From the NCBI RefSeq assembly GCF_031769215.1, contig NW_026782348.1:558001-622000 (forward strand): a DNA stretch of 64,000 bases, in the 5' to 3' direction. The position numbers and the translations under genes are program-made. The notes under the pieces were generated by a model that ran no database searches, was not told the DNA's origin, and saw nothing but the letters and a program-made list of their open reading frames with translations. The DNA comes from Ylistrum balloti. Its lineage: Eukaryota. This document shows positions 52,601 through 64,000 of this stretch, one piece after another (position 1 is the stretch's first letter; each line of letters opens with the position of its first letter).

Positions 52601-55600
52601 TGGTTCTTGGTAGGGAGATCTTTGGTTTATGTTGGAGTGACCTTTGGTTCTTGGTAGGGAGATCTTTGGTTTATGTTGGAGTGACCTTTGGTTCTTGGTA
52701 GGGAGATCTTTGGTTTATGTTGGAGTGACCTTTGGTTCTTGGTAGGGAGATCTTTGGATTATGTTGGAGTGACCTTTGGTTCTTAGTAGGGAAATCTTTG
52801 GTTTATATTGGAGTGACCTTTGGTTCTTGGTAGGGAGATCTTTGGTTTATATTGGAGTGACCTTTGGTTCTTGGTAGGGAGATCTTTGGTTTATATTGGA
52901 GTGACCTTTGGTTCTTGGTAGGGAGATCTTTGGTTTATGTTGGAGTGACCTTTGAATAGGTTTAGGATGACCCTTAGTTGGTGCTAGTTAGGAGTGACCT
53001 CTAGTTAGTGTTAGATGGCCTTTGGTATTGTTAAGATGTCCTTGTTTTGTATGTGAGTGACCTTGGGCTTGTTTACAGATGGCTTTTACTTTGTGTTGGA
53101 GTGACCTTTGGTTTGTGTAAGGATGGTGTTTGGTTTGTGTTAGGATGGCATTTTGTTTGTGTTAGGATGGTGTTTGGTTTGTGTTAAGATGACCTTTGGT
53201 TTGTGTTAGGATGACCTTTGGTTTGTGGTAGGATGGCCTTTAGTTTGTGTTGGTATGATCTTTGCTTTGTGTTGGTATGACCTTTGCTTTGAGTTGGAGT
53301 GACCTTTGCTTTGTGTTGGTATGACCCTTTTTTGTGTTGGTATGACCTTTGGTTTGTGTTAGGATGACCTTTGGTATGTGTCAGGATGGCCTTTCGTATT
53401 GTTAAGATGACCTTGGTTTTGTGTGTGAGTGACCTTGTTTACAGGTGGCATTTACTTTGTGTTGAGGTGACTGTTGGTTCCTTGGACTTTCAAAAGAATG
53501 ACCTGGGATTTGTGTTGGAGTGACCTTTGGTTTGTGTAAGGATGGTGTTTGGTTTGTGTTAGGATAACCTTTGGTTTGTGAAAGGAGGATCTTTGCTTTG
53601 TGTTGGTATGACCTTTGCTTTGTGTTTGAGTGACCTTTGCTTTGTGTTGTAGTGACCTTTATTCAGTGTTGGAGTGACCTTTAGTCAGTGTTGGAGTGAC
53701 ATTTAGTCAGTGTTGGAGTGACCTTTAGTCACTATTGGAGTGACCTTTGCTTTTTGTTGGAGTGACCTTTAGTCAGTGTTGGAGTGACCTTTGGTTTGTG
53801 TTGGAGTGACCTTTAGTCAGTGTTGGAGTGACCTTTAGTCAGTGTTGGAGTGACCTTTAGTAAGTGTTGGAAAGACTTTGACCTTGGGTTTGTGTTAAGG
53901 TGGAGAAGAATAAACTTTCAACTTTTTAAAGTGCAGCATTGAAGATTCCTGGTTAAGTTGGAATATTGTTTGTGTAAATAAGATAACCTTTGGATTTTGT
54001 GACAAAAAGTTATGATGATTATTATGCTGAAGCCTAAGCCAAAACAGTGTAACTGATCAGTAGATACAACTTAGATATAAACATTAAAATCTGCCTTCAG
54101 TAACCCCTTGGTATGATATATTCAGGTACTCTCATAACTCATTAGTTGTCTTGGTAACAGTTGGTTATAATGGACATAACTCATAAGTTGTCTTGGTAAC
54201 AGTTTGTTATAATGGACATTTCATTTATACATATATGTTTCAGTCATTAGAACTATCACTGTGCAAAGCCAAGGCCTGTGATTAAATGAATTTTCAAGGC
54301 TTTAAACATTCAATTTGTCTTCAAAAATTCTAACCTATGATCTGAAATGATTTGACTTCATTATTTCATGATATAATTATATATCAGTGTTTTACGGAAA
54401 ATGATGAATGGATATGGAATTTTGTACACTGAATCAAGGAATTATAGTTTGTAGTTAATTAAGTAGTAATATATCAAAAATATTAATTTATTCTAGAAGA
54501 CTGCAGTTGATTGAAGACTTTTTCTTTTATTTAATAGAATTAAAGTCGTATTTCTATATTGTCCATCTTGCCTAAATAAATGAAAATAAGCAGTTCTGAC
54601 ATATATATATATATCTTGAGAATTACTGAAAGTGTGGTTAATATAATAATGTTACACTACTTGGTGTTTAAGACCTACCTTGTTCATTCTTAATGTTGAC
54701 TCCTGTAGTGGGTTTTTTTACCTGAGACCACACTGAACTGTAAACCCTTCCTGGCTATAGCTAGAGACCTATCCTTTCTTATGCAAATTAGCTTGCACAT
54801 GCATGTGGTGCTGTGTGTGGTGAGAGGTCCTTCACCTGTGCTCTCTACCTCTGTTACTGGGTGTCAGTATAAGTGGTCAGCCATGGCTGACATTACAAGA
54901 TTACGCTGTCCATTTCAGGGCCAAGAAGAGGATGACAGGAGAGCAAGTGTTTAGCAATACAATACAAGTTGACTTTGCAGTAGCTGTAACAGACATTCCA
55001 TCAGCTCAAGGTAAAATAGCATGGAAAATCTTATTGTAAAATTCAGTAGTTATGTGATTTTGTGAGGATTTCCATAGACAAAGATATCTGTTTCAGGGTA
55101 TTCTTCTAGGAATATAAAAATTGTAAAGTTAGAATTACACAGTTGTACATAAGGTGATTTATAATTTCTGTTGTGCATATACAATTAGAAATAAAAGGGA
55201 ACAATTACAGTAGTGTTAGTTACTCAATGCTATCTCATTCACTTCAGTCTTATACCTATCATACAGGTGGGCACACTCCTGTATATGCATAATGTCCTGC
55301 ATTTGAGTGAATTACTGTTTTGAATAATACAATTTTTAATCAATTGCAGGATGATTTTAGATAGAAACACATTTAGTTCTTTTAAACATTTACAACAAAA
55401 AATGGCACCATAATTTTTGACATGTTTCTGTAAAGTAATAACTTTGCTAAATATAAATGAATTTCAATCAAGATTTAGTTTGTATCATACTATCCTTCAG
55501 CCTAAGTTTGACTGTCAACATAGTTCATTGACTGTTAGTTACTGTAAAATCATCAATTTTTGTGGGTGATTTATTTTTTATTGATTTTGGGGATACACTA

Positions 55601-58600
55601 AATCCATGAATTCATATACCCATAAAGTGTTAGAATTAGTATCTTTATGATAGTATTTTTATTGTGTTATATCAACAAGTAACTACAAATTTGTAATTGG
55701 CCAATTGGATTCTATTTCATTTATTTAGATAAATGTTGGTTGATTTAATGATAATTGGGTTACAGGTGTAGTTTTACATCTTTGATTGTTCTTACTTAAG
55801 CTGCCTTACAAATTTAATATTGAAGACAGGGGATATAACTGTTGTAGCTTTCAGTATTTTCTCTTGTCCAAAATGATCTCACTTGTTTTCTTGTATGAAA
55901 TTTTCAATAACTTGGGGGAGTCACTTCCCTTTGGTTTTCTCGGTTCCTTCTGTTTTCAATTTAGATTTAACTGTAATGGCATTAATTTGTGATGTCTCAG
56001 ATGCTTATTAATTAGACCTTTATTATTTCTTACTTCCCCCATTTATTTTGATCCAATTTCAACAGAAACGTACAACAATGTAATTTGTTGATATTGTGAT
56101 TTTAAATCAATCAGAAAATGTAGCATTTTCCACACTTTGATGATGTTAGATTAGTTTTTACAGTGGAACAGAATAAACTTCTCAGTATAAATGATTGATC
56201 ATTAAATCCTAGGTAACTGTAGCCTTCCTGACAAAAAGGATTCCTCTCCAGATCCAAAACCTAAACGACGAAGATTTCGACGTTCTAAGTCCAGAGAACA
56301 GCCAAAATTATTACCTATATGTCCTCAAGATCAATCGAAGAAAAAGGAGAAATCACCTGAGACTCAACAATTAAGTTCTGAGAAGAAGAAAGATAAATCA
56401 CATAAAAGTCAACTGTTAAGCCCTAACAAGAAAACAAAGGCTATAAAAATGGCCACTCAGTCACCTGGACAGCCCGGTATCAGTACAGGATCACAAGGAG
56501 ACGTGCAGCTGAAAGACGAAAGTCAGTCTGATATCAAAACAGTGGTGGATAAATTCTCCAAAGACAACAAGAGTAGTCGACAGGTATTACTACTGCAGCA
56601 GCAACTGTACCAGGAGGAACAGGAGGCTCCACCTCAGGCCTACCAACAGTCACGCCCACAGTCACAGCCTACACCTGAAAACAGGCATACTCCCATCAAC
56701 TCAGGTTTCAAAAAGGGCCAAGGTCATTACAGCATGTTTGGCCAGTCATATGATGACCAGCTGTATCAACAAGGATCATATGGTTACTACAGTCACAATA
56801 CCTGGGGACCGAACCATTATCAGAGCTATTCAGGTTACTATGGAAACAATACAGGATACTATGGTAACAGTGTTGGGTACCAATATAACAATTACTTACA
56901 TAACACAAACATGGATCCTCAGTCTTCTTATGGTTATAACAATAATTTGTTGGAAAATGATGGAGGATATCAACCTAATAATCCAGACTTGAACCGTAGT
57001 TTCTGCAGTTCTGATCTAGTTCGGAGACCCAGGTTTTATTCCCCAGACATTACAGGATATAGACAGAACTACAATTCTCACAGAAGTCTGGACTATGCAC
57101 CGTCCTCCCCAACACCATATTCTAACCAACGTTCCTACAACAATTATACAGCTGATCGCCAGAGCCCAAACTACCACACACTGGACCGTCACAGTCCCTA
57201 TCAGAACACTTCCTACAAATCAGCTAATCATCTGGTAGACAGAACATCACCATATATGAACGCTTTTCAGCCAATACGGAGTGACAGTCCGAGTACAGCT
57301 GGTAGTTCTCCATGTGATCAGGATTCTCCAGACTGGGACAGTGTGGTGGGTCCAGTGGAATTACTGATATCTAATCTTGACTACAACATAAGTGCTAAGG
57401 AATGGAGGAAGATTCTCTTCACCACATTCCACCCCCATGTCAGGGTAAGACATGTTTCATATTTCTATGATTGTACCCATCTCTTGTGCTGACCTTGCCT
57501 GATCATTGATAGGGATATATCTAGTGATATGATAACTGCTTTTAATTTTTAGATAATTTGAATACAAATGTCATGTAACCTTTAAAACCATTAAAAAGTA
57601 CAATGTTATGATTATTTTCCATGAATATTTTGAAGAATTGTAAAGGTTGCCATTTCTAAAGACCATGAAAAAATATGTGTTAAATTATATAGTCATTAGA
57701 TGTTTTAACTGAATGATGAAGTTTTAAATAATATGAATAAATGCTGATTATGGAAATAGCCAGTGTAGTTATAACTAGCAATATTCCATAGATAATTTGA
57801 TAATATTTATCAGGACTTTTGGTAATGTGCAATAAACATGCATAGCCTTATACAGTTGAGTATGATATAATATATAGGTGCTGAATGTACACGTGAAGGC
57901 TCAGCCTGATAACACTAGTATAGGAATGGTGAAGGTCCCAAGTAAGGAGGAGGCTCGCTTCGCAATCTCACAGTTCCACCGCAAGAAAATTGGCTACAAA
58001 CGCATCCATGTTACTTTAAAAAATGATGAAGGCCAACATCCAGCCAACACTACCAGGTAATTATCTTTAACACTCAACAATGGTACTATATCTACTGTCA
58101 TCTTGAACGAATGCCACAAAACCTGACCAAATTGGGAATACCATTATGTCCTAACTAACTGATATCATTCATGGTTTTACTAATATAACATATTAGTTTA
58201 TATCTAGAACCAGTAGAAGATGTTAATGATGTTACAGGTTTTTACATGTGACAAACTTTTAAAGACGAGGAAGATCGGATTACTTAACGTTTGTAATAAT
58301 TTATACATTACAGTGACACATGTATGACATGACAACCTAAATTTATAAGAGATCAAAAGAAATTGTCAAAAATTGAAGAAACTGTGAAAAGTGATTTCTG
58401 TTAAAACAGGCAGATTTATCATTTCACTTTCATTGTGGTACAATAGTATTATCAGTGTCAGGTTTATCTTTAATCACCTAGATACATGTTTGTGTAATAC
58501 TTACCATTACATAATGTTTTATTACACATGTATATGACCTAGTGGACCTGTGATTGGTAGAAAGTTCCCATTGTTTCCATTGTGAGATCATAGTTTTTTG

Positions 58601-61600
58601 TGACATCATAGACTTATGACATCATAAACACATTATATATATATATTTATGTTATATGAAAATATTAATTTTGATTTTGTATCAATTGTATAAAATGTTT
58701 CATGAATGTTTGTTAAAATACTTATTACTATAGTAAGTGATGTGAATCTGTTCCATTTGAGATTAGTGAAGCTCATCTTAAATTTTTCATTTTACCTCGT
58801 AAAGGTCTGGAAATAGAACGAAATGTAGACAAATTTCATAAATTGCAATATGAATGGGAAATCACATAGGATCCTGTATATAAAGCAAGAGTACATTGTA
58901 TGTAGGGAAAAGCTTGTTAGATATTGTAACAAACACAATTCTGTTAGTTCCATTCACAATGAATGAAATTAGGAACATCTTCAAAATGAAAAATTTTGAG
59001 GTGAAGAAAGTAAATGTTTCATTATTTTTTTCTTTTAAATTATCTGATGTTGCACAAGTCGTACCAACCTAGTACCTGTCTGCTTATTATTGTATAGACA
59101 AGTAAATTGTTACTTATACATTGTTGTTTACCAGGGCTGAGGCAGTCGCCCTACTTCTGGAGGCCAAGGACAACACTCTACCATTGTTTAAATTTATCGA
59201 GTTGTTTGACAAAAGGTATGTAAAACTGTATCCTGAGAAATCAGATCTATTTTTTTCTGATTTGACCTCTTTGAAATATCTATATTTAGTTATACCCAAA
59301 TACCTACTTATTTTGTGCACTGGTGTAAAATATACAGGGGTTCTGGGGGTATATGTCCTTCAAAAATAAAAAGGTAGTGAAAGTAGAATAATTTTGGATG
59401 TTTCATCATTATGAAGATCATTTAAAAGATCACAGAACCACATATTCCCTTACAAAATTAAAAAGAAAACATTTTACAGTTATAAAAACAAATTTCTAGT
59501 TTCATGCTTTCTATAGCATAGTTTTTAGGGTCTTATGAATGTTAATTTGACCCCTTGGTGACTTAGGGGTGGGGCCCCAAGGAGGGAAGTTAGAAGTTTG
59601 ATTTAAATATTACTCCATCCCAATACTTGGTTAGATTTCAACCAAATTTGGTCTGAAACATCATTGCAAGTAGGTTATCATTTCTTAAATCAGAAAATTG
59701 ATTTGACCCTAAGGGACAGGGCCGCAAAAGGGAAGTTAGGCAACAATTTGCTTCAAAACCCTTCTCCTTCATAATTCCTGGATGGAGTGATGTCAGACAT
59801 GCCTGAGTGATCCTGAGACTATCCTGACAAAATCTAATTTTCAGTTTGGTCAAAAATCCAACATAACTGATCTTGAACAAATAGTCTGAACCACTCAAAT
59901 TTCATTCACACAATTGAGATAACAATTTGGAGTTAATTTGTTAGATGACCTTTTAGGGGCCATGACCCTCTTGGTTACTGCACAAACACTTTTTTTGTGT
60001 GATTTTGCTAAATATGATATGAAGCTATTTAGGTGAAATGTGATAAACACACAATGATAAAGGAGTTTAGAGCGATACATTGAAGTCAAGGTTAAAAACA
60101 AATCAAAGGTCAATCCATTTTGACTCTTATCTGGAATAAATGTATTTGTTTTGAATCTTCCTAATTATTTAACATTGATTTAAAAAGTGCATACTGAGAG
60201 GGAATGTTTTTGCTTGCCTTTTATTAGATTGATTTTAAATTAATTTTAAATTTATAATGTTAATCCAGGTACCACAGATCTATCAGTGTGTCTGAGTTAT
60301 ACAAGATGAGGGACGTGATTGACATTCGAGAACAGGGAGGGGCGGGGCGAATGGTCTACTTAGCCTCACATCCTCAGCAAGATACACCTACCACAGAGAT
60401 AGCTGATGGAGAGGTAAACATTGGTAGTAGTACCAAACTTATTTCCTTTGATAACAACTACTAAACAAGTGTATGAGGTTTCACACTGCACCCAGAGGAG
60501 GCGTCTTACTTGTGCCAAGCTCAAATAATAAGCAGCATGCACAGCTCATCAGCTCAGTCAAAGCTAAAGGTCATTTATTTACACAAGGTTCTAACTTCTC
60601 TTGCTCCAAGCGGGGATCTTAATACTCTTGTTCCCTAACAGGATCTTAATACTCTTGTTCCCTAACAGGATCTTAATTCTCTTGTTCCCTAACAGGATCT
60701 TAATTCTCTTGTTCCCTAACAGGATCTTAATACTCTTGTTCCCTAACAGGATCTTAATTCTCTTGTTCCCCATCAGGATCTTAATTCCCTTGCTCCCCCC
60801 AAGGATCTTAATTCTCTTGTTCCCTAACAGGATCATAATTCTTTTGTTCCCTAACAGGATCTTAATTCTCTTGTTCCCCATCAGGATCTTAATTCCCTTG
60901 CTCCCTAACAGGATCTTAATTCTCTTGTTCCCTAACAGGATCTTAATACTCTTGTTCCCTAACAGGATCTTAATACTCTTGTTCCCTAACAGGATCTTAA
61001 TACTCTTGTTCCCTAACAGGATCTTAATTCTCTTGTTCCCTAACAGGATCTTAATTCTCTTGTTCCCTAACAGGATCTTAATTCTCTTGCTCCCCCAGGA
61101 TCTTAATTCTCTCCCAGGATCTTAATTCTCTTGCTCCCCACCAGGATCTTAATTCTCTTGCTCCCCCCAGGATCTTAATTCCCTTGATCCCCACCAGGAT
61201 CTTAATTCCCTTGCTCCCCACTAGGATCTTAATTCCCTTGATCCCCACCAGGACCTTAATTCTCTTGATCCCCACCAGGATCTTGATTTTCTTGCTCCCC
61301 ACCAGCATCTTAATTCTCTTGTTCCCCCCAGGATCTTAATTCTCTTGTTTCCTACCAGGATCTTAATTCTCTTGTTGCCCACCAGGATCTTAATTCCCTT
61401 GCTCCCCCCAGGATCTTAATTCTCTTGCTCCCCCCAGGATCTTAATTCTCTTGTTTCCTACCAGGATCTTAATTCTCTTGCTCCCCACCAGGATCTTAAT
61501 TCTCTTGCTCCCCATCAGGATCTTAATTCTCTTGCTCCCCACCAGGATCTTGATTTTCTTGCTCCCCACCAGGATCTTAATTCTCTTGATACCTACCAGG

Positions 61601-63739
61601 ATCTTAATTCTCTTGCTCCCCCCAGGATCTTAATTCTCTTGCTCCCCACCAGGATCTTGATTTTCTTGCTCCCCACCAGGATCTTAATTCCCTTGTTCCC
61701 CACCAGGACCTTAATTCTCTTGCTCCCAACTAGGTTCTATCTGCCTTTACCCCAACATAGTTTCTGACTTCATTTGTCCCCCTGCTTGGTTTCTAACTTT
61801 CTTTCCCCTTACTAGGTTTTAACTTTCTTAGCCCTCAACTAGGTTCAAATTTCCAATGCTCCCATCCACATTCTAAATTTCTATGCTCCCAACTATTACT
61901 TTTCTCAGTTTTTTTCTAAAGTTCCATTATATTGACAGGTACAGGAGATCCTTGAACAGCCTGTGTGTACAATCCATTGTCCAGAGGGCAGCACTATGTA
62001 TGCAGAGGCCATTAACAGCTGTATGCTTCCCTATGTCAAAATGTCAATCAAGATGCTTGGACCCCAGGTGCACTCTCTCCTACAAACACATGATGGTCAC
62101 ATGCCGCTGATGAGGTACACCCTGACTGTTTTATTGTTGCTATGATATGTAACAGTTTAAGATATATCCAATTAAAAATAGATTGATTTCCAATTTATTC
62201 ATGTCATTTTTAGGCTTTCATTAGATATAAAATATACCATTACAATGCAATCACAGAAAATACTGTCCATATCGTATATTCAGAACCTCTGAAATTTCTT
62301 AAGTATTGAAATACCAATAAAGAGAAAAATATATCTGTTGACATATTTTAAGAGTCATTTCAGTTATATAAAACTTTCACTTTTCATATGGCTTGTCCAG
62401 CTTTCCAATGTGTTACATCGCCGAGTTCTCCAGCCTGCCAATTTCCCTGCAGTCTCAGGGCGGTGTACCCCTAGAGCATCTTATAAGCTGTGTGCCTGGT
62501 ATCCAGATACAAGTTTCTGCCTCAGGGGTGAAGAAAGTCCAGTGGGCAGAGAATCAGACATCTAACTCCTCTGGTAGGTGAAGCCTTTATTCATTTCTTG
62601 CCCTTCTTCAGACTAACTCATCTGAACAGATATGTGTAGCCTTTATTCAGTCCCTGCCCTACCTCATCTGAACAGATAAGTGTAGCCTTTAATCAATTCC
62701 CAACCTACCTCATCTGAACAGGTTAGTGTAGCCTTTATTCAGTCCCTGTCCTTCAACCTACCTCATCTGAACAGATAGGTATAGCCTTTAATCAGTCCCT
62801 GTCCTTCAACCTACTTTATCTGAACAGATATGTGTAGCCTTTAATCAGTCCCTGCCCTACTTCATATGAACAGATAGCTGTAGTTTGTATCAGTCCCTGT
62901 TGTACCTGATGTGAACAGAAACATCATGCATCTTTCCCCACCTTATCTTATCTGACCAAATTAATCTTTATCATCCCTACGTTACCTCAAGTGAACAGTT
63001 AGATATCAGTCCAGACTATACCTCATCTGAACTAGGAAATTTTACCTCTAATACAGTAATAAAATTTGAAAGATAAACATAGTGACTGTATACCATTGAT
63101 TGTAATAACTGATCACCTTTGTTACAGATGCAGTTCGACCTTTGGCCAGTCCTCTGCTGAATCAACAGCTGAACCAGATATGTCGAGAGATGACTGATCT
63201 TCTCAAGCAGAGTCCTCAGTGTCGCATGCCAATGAGTAAATTCATCCCCTCCTACCACCACTTTTTCGGGCGGCAGTGCCGTGTGGCCGACTATGGATAC
63301 AGTCGTCTTAAAGACCTTTTTGAAGCCATTCCCCATATAGTTCAGGTATGTGTACTGGTGTTGGTAGTGAAACAGATATAATAAAACTACCCGAAAACTT
63401 TTACTTCTTTTGTATACTTAATGAACAACCTCTTAAAATGAGAACATCAAGCCTTTCTTATCAGAAAAAATCAGAAAGATGTTCTTACTAAACCATGAAG
63501 CTTTGAACTGTTGACCATAAAGGAAGTTATAATGTTAAGTACTATCAAATATTTATTATAAAGAAGCTTACCTTGAATGGTATCATTTTTTCTCTTTCAG
63601 GTGCTGGGTACAGGTGATAGGAAGCTATTGACACTGAGTCACAGAGCTCAGGGAAGACGCTTCACTGCTGACCTCACAAAGCTGCTCAAGATCCAGCCTG
63701 GCAAGAGGCTCAGTGTGAAGTCTCTTCCTGATGCCTGGA
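43626..63739 (+). CDS. MARF1: MARF1 / Limkain-b1 (NYN RNase, 2 RRM, multiple LOTUS/OST-HTH domains); 3'-incomplete, ~1030 aa within the window
   Basis: Exons: 43626-43826 (acceptor at 43608/43609, so an upstream exon exists), 44748-44865, 46217-46383, 46862-47031, 54919-55010, 56213-57444, 57878-58056, 59135-59215, 60269-60413, 61939-62114, 62401-62573, 63128-63345, 63601-63739; all GT-AG and phase-consistent. NYN: [11 protein letters not shown]...[15 protein letters not shown]...[18 protein letters not shown]1: [15 protein letters not shown]2: [14 protein letters not shown]: [11 protein letters not shown]...[12 protein letters not shown] and [20 protein letters not shown]. Confidence 0.95.
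44900..45622 (+). mobile_element. Helentron/HINE-like non-autonomous element with internal ~160-bp tandem repeats
   Basis: Perfect 12-bp subterminal inverted repeats GTGTCGCCTGCA (44909-44920) and TGCAGGCGACAC (45586-45597). A 3' mini-hairpin AGTTCC-GA-GGAACT lies at 45602-45615, followed by CTTGTT. GTCCGT microsatellite-like motifs lie near the 5' end, and the centre holds about 3.5 copies of a ~160-bp unit (TTTGAGTTAT..AAAT..AATTT..TATGG...TGTCTGT.ACCCTTCTTGGCAGAG). Confidence 0.8.
45850..45970. repeat. Short minisatellite, 3 copies of AAGAGCTGTTTGAGAACAG
   Basis: Identical 19-mer at about 45854, 45906 and 45949. Confidence 0.85.
47170..47757 (-). mobile_element. HINE-like element, reverse orientation
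   Basis: The minus-strand start TTTTTAGTTCGCCTCTCAAAGAGAGGGGAGCTTATGTTGTCACCCCTGCATCTGC resembles the TTTTAGCTC...GAGCT 5' end of Helentron-associated elements. There is an internal ~170-bp duplication (AAATATCAGTACCCT...ATAAAGG...TGTCTTTCAACACTTGCA at about 47442 and 47612). Confidence 0.55.
48810..49570 (+). mobile_element. Dispersed non-autonomous repeat, copy 2 (copy 1 at about 5255-6010)
   Basis: See copy 1. An imperfect inverted motif is present: GCACATTGTGCGGTT (about 48877) versus AACCGCACAAAATGTGC (about 49551). Confidence 0.75.
50712..51530. repeat. Highly homogeneous 38-bp satellite, ~21 copies
   Basis: Unit GAGTAACCTTTGGTTAGAGTAAAGTGACCTTTGTGATG with period 38 (50761 to 50799). 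Confidence 0.97.
52215..52950. repeat. 44-bp satellite, ~16 copies
   Basis: Unit TGGAGTGACCTTTGGTTCTTGGTAGGGAGATCTTTGGTTTAT(A/G)T with period 44 (52381 to 52425). Confidence 0.97.
59520..59900. mobile_element. Probable degraded interspersed repeat
   Basis: Motifs such as GGGGTGGGGCCCCAAG, TTTCAACCAAATTTGG and TTGACCC recur in mollusc Helentron-type repeat cores (recognised from memory only). Ends are not defined. Confidence 0.3.
60605..61735 (+). repeat. 27-bp pyrimidine-rich minisatellite, ~40 copies (MARF1 intron)
   Basis: Unit CAGGATCTTAATTCTCTTGTTCCCTAA with period 27 (60661 to 60688), drifting to ...GCTCCCCAC variants toward the 3' end. Confidence 0.97.
62578..63035. repeat. 46/53-bp degenerate minisatellite, ~8-9 copies, starting at the MARF1 exon donor at 62574
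   Basis: Unit GTAGCCTTTA(T/A)TCAGTCCCTG(TCCTTCAA)CCTACCTCATCTGAACAGATA.GT. Confidence 0.85.
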
Positions 63740-63817
63740 GTAAGTAGATGATGTTAGAATATTCAAACTGTTCTCCTCTCCTTAGAAGGGTTGATGAAGA
63801 ATTTTTCATGAGCTAGA

Positions 63818-64000
63818 TGTTGTTTTTTATCACCCACAAAATGTGTTTGTGAGGGATATTGGTTTGGGTTCCATTTGTCCGTGCATGGGTCCGTCTGTCC
63901 ATCCATATGAGGGCTTTTTCCGGGCTTTAACGTCAGAACCTTTCAACTCAACTTCACAAAACTTGCTGTATATGTTAAGTTAGTGTCCTTGTGGTGCCTT
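63818..64000 (+). mobile_element. 5' end of a probable HINE-like element, cut by the window edge
   Basis: T-rich start TTTTTTATCACCC, then a GTCCGT/CTGTCC/ATCC microsatellite-like block and an AACTTCACAAAACTTG core motif. Confidence 0.45.

Larger units (their letters stand above)
50560..53900. repeat. Composite G/T-rich array built on a ~22-bp GAGTGACCTTTGGTTTGTGTTG-like monomer
   Basis: Degenerate 22-bp units flank and separate the 38-bp and 44-bp arrays. A ~350-bp block is duplicated at about 51860-52215 and 52920-53255, and 22-bp TTGGAGTGACCTTTAGTCAGTG units lie at about 53665-53865. Confidence 0.9.

Noticed and set aside
50712-52950. Regular 38-bp and 44-bp arrays considered as CRISPR-like
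   Set aside because: Head-to-tail repeats with no unique spacers, in a eukaryotic intron with no cas genes.
60591-61633. Long ORFs on both strands ((NRILILLFP)n and (GNKRIKILL)n)
   Set aside because: Artefacts of a 27-bp (9-codon) intronic minisatellite; no splice or coding context.

Overview
AT-rich, intron-containing animal genomic DNA, most likely a mollusc or bivalve (inferred from the repeat families present), with one 419-N assembly gap. I reconstructed four spliced genes by hand from GT-AG junctions and frame continuity. (1) A 13-exon SLC6/NSS amino-acid-type neurotransmitter:sodium symporter (+, 633 aa). (2) A 13-exon MFSD1-like MFS transporter (+, 487 aa), followed by a degraded tandem pseudogene copy with internal deletions. 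(3) PLD6/Zucchini (-, 2 coding exons, 244 aa as assembled). (4) MARF1/Limkain-b1 (+, at least 13 coding exons, running off the window end). The most notable arrangement is PLD6 and MARF1 lying head-to-head. Both are germline RNA nucleases tied to retrotransposon control, and the interval between them is rich in palindromes and repeated motifs. Other points of interest are a Y/G/N/Q/S-rich prion-like insert in MARF1, a triplicated PLD6 C-terminus with a frame-changing 1-nt difference, several tandem arrays built from splice-site-like units, and substitutions at ion- or substrate-binding positions in both transporters. Introns carry CR1/L2-type LINE, Penelope-like, SINE, MITE and Helentron/HINE-like elements plus satellite arrays. 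No prokaryotic-type system, CRISPR array, tRNA gene or rRNA gene is supported. All family assignments come from motif recognition, not database searches.
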